Source: Eledone cirrhosa (taxonomy: Eukaryota). From it: a stretch of DNA of 12,386 nt. Below, in pieces: positions 9,939 to 12,386 of this stretch. Position numbers and translations under genes: made by a program. The stretch is taken from the NCBI GenBank assembly GCA_964016885.1, contig CAXHJY010000219.1, positions 1 to 12,386 of the forward strand, given 5' to 3'. The first letter of the stretch is position 1; every line of letters starts with the position of its first letter. The notes below the pieces were generated by a model. The model saw only the letters and a program-made list of their open reading frames with translations, did not search any database and was not told the DNA's origin.

Positions 9939-9944
<6 letters not shown>

Positions 9945-10034
<90 letters not shown>
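9945..10034. repeat. Pure (TA)n tract separating inserts
   Basis: Directly visible; similar tracts at about 6498-6536, 6712-6791, 7169-7219, 7423-7466, 10400-10433 and 12090-12141. Confidence 0.97.
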
Positions 10035-10037
<3 letters not shown>

Positions 10038-10187
10038 GATAAATCTACCAAGAGTTTACGGTAGTGTCCAATCCGTATGAAGAACTCAATGTATTCCGGA
10101 TATCATGGAAAGAAGAGATGTAATGAAAAATCACTTTCGGTGAAAGATAAACGGTATACAGAGTCAAGATAAAATATTAAACAAATA

Positions 10188-10337
10188 CATTATTTCTGAA
10201 GACGGCGTATATATGTGTTGGTATGTATATTTAATCTTGATAGTTTGTATAATTTTGTATAATTTTGTACATAGATCTGTTGAATATGCATGCCAATTCT
10301 AACACATATATATCCTAGAAACGATCGTTAATTAATG
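10188..10337 (+). ncRNA. Type I hammerhead ribozyme with long stem II, in a (TA)n-flanked insert (about 10035-10400)
   Basis: Stem I CATTATTT/AATTAATG (7/8); CTGAAGA (10196-10202); stem II TATATATGTGTTGG/CTAACACATATATA; GAAA (10318-10321); palindromic stem III CGATCG; GUU triplet. The base of stem II is mismatched, so it may be inactive. Confidence 0.7.
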
Positions 10338-10393
10338 AACTTTTTTTGTTTAATATAAGGAACTGTTTCATTGTTTTATTCATTATTTGTTTA

Positions 10394-10438
<45 letters not shown>

Positions 10439-10499
10439 GCTCTGTATTATACATAGAGGACTCTTTTTTCCTTTGCTTTTTCTTCGGAAATACTTAACA

Positions 10500-11745
<1,246 letters not shown>

Positions 11746-12101
11746 CCCACCAATTCTCCCTACCTATTTATTTGCATCTCTCGATCGTTTCTATTTTTGT
11801 TGTGAGAAGCCGTGAAACGTTTTGTCATTTCGGGGGATATATTTTATTTCGAATATAATTCAATTGAGCAACATATAAAGCGAAAACATGATTTCCTCTT
11901 GGAATATTTTTTTTACTCTCGAAACGTCGATGTAATATTAGAAGCGACATTCAATTTAAATGATCAAAAAATATTTGAAATATTCCAATGGTGATTTCGA
12001 TTTTGTTATATTTATTTCCAGCTCGGATTTAAACATAGTTTTAAAAGATAGTGTGCTGAGGGGGAAAAGATTTTACAATCGTCATCCGCTATATATATAT
12101 A

Positions 12102-12145
<44 letters not shown>

Positions 12146-12183
12146 ATATTATCAAATGGAAACTATATTTATAAAACCGTATT

Positions 12184-12248
12184 TATTTCATTATACATAT
12201 TTCAAGGACATCAAAGCAAATTATGGTGCGCTTTCATCAGATAAAATA
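12184..12248 (-). ncRNA. Type I hammerhead ribozyme (canonical core)
   Basis: On -: TATTTTAT-CTGATGA-AAGCGCA...TGTCCTT-GAAA-TATGTA-TA-ATGAAATA. 8-bp stem I (one G-U), stem II AAG/CTT plus GCA/TGT, near-palindromic stem III, AUA triplet. Confidence 0.78.
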
Positions 12249-12385
12249 TAATATAGACTATAAATATAATATAGACTATCCGGGAGCTTCCAACCGACAT
12301 GGTCGCATTCTTTAAGGGTATGTCAATATTTATTTATAAAACTGATCTATATTATATTTTATCTGATGAAAGCACGCCATAATTT
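12218..12385. repeat. Inverted repeat with 40-bp arms (2 mismatches); the right arm holds the 5' half of the same hammerhead on + (CTGATGA 12363-12369)
   Basis: 12218-12257 versus 12346-12385; may be cut by the window end. Includes an 18-bp tandem duplication (12244-12261/12262-12279). Confidence 0.9.
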
Positions 12386-12386
12386 A

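Larger units (their letters stand above)
7464..9944. mobile_element. Head-to-head tandem array of a 592-bp hammerhead-containing unit; putative non-autonomous Penelope-like element/retrozyme inserted in (TA)n
   Basis: Left units: 7464-8055, 8056-8645 (2-bp deletion near 8577), partial 8646-8844. Inverted units: partial 8842-9186, 9187-9778, partial 9779-9944. (TA)n on both flanks; one HHR per period. The repeat structure is directly seen; the element class is inferred from the known association of type I HHRs with Penelope-like pLTRs and retrozymes. Confidence 0.78.

Noticed and set aside
7464-9944. DNA transposon (MITE/foldback) with terminal inverted repeats
   Set aside because: The termini share only 7 bp, the arms are out of phase and internally tandem, and they carry ribozymes; an RNA-mediated origin fits better, though it is unproven.
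10433-10467. Imperfect 35-nt hairpin AAAAGAG...CTCTTTT abutting (TA)n
   Set aside because: Fits the fold-back theme but is too short and low-complexity to count.
12280-12318. Possible second degenerate hammerhead on - (TTAAAGA...GACC/GGTT...GGAA-GC-TC)
   Set aside because: Both core boxes are mutated; cannot be distinguished from chance without a consensus.

Overview
AT-rich, microsatellite-dense eukaryotic non-coding DNA with no credible protein-coding gene; nearly all listed ORFs are translations of simple repeats. A tRNA-derived SINE (4 copies, some with target-site duplications) resembles SINEs I recall from octopod cephalopods, so the host is probably an octopus-like mollusc (inference). 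The main signal lies at 6.5-12.4 kb: a cluster of unrelated inserts between (TA)n tracts, almost all built as fold-backs, several carrying type I hammerhead ribozymes (HHRs). The largest (7464-9944) is a head-to-head array of a 592-bp unit (about 2.3 copies on -, about 1.9 copies on +). It holds five apparently identical HHRs with a compensatory U3-A8 core. Both outer ends stop at AATGTAT and run into (TA)n, and the centre is joined by microhomology. Two further distinct HHRs (10188-10337 +, 12184-12248 -) and at least one decayed one occur in neighbouring inserts. Best interpretation: non-autonomous Penelope-like/retrozyme-type elements that target (TA)n and integrate by priming from both target ends, possibly on a circular RNA template. 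All structures were read by eye; no folding or database search was run.
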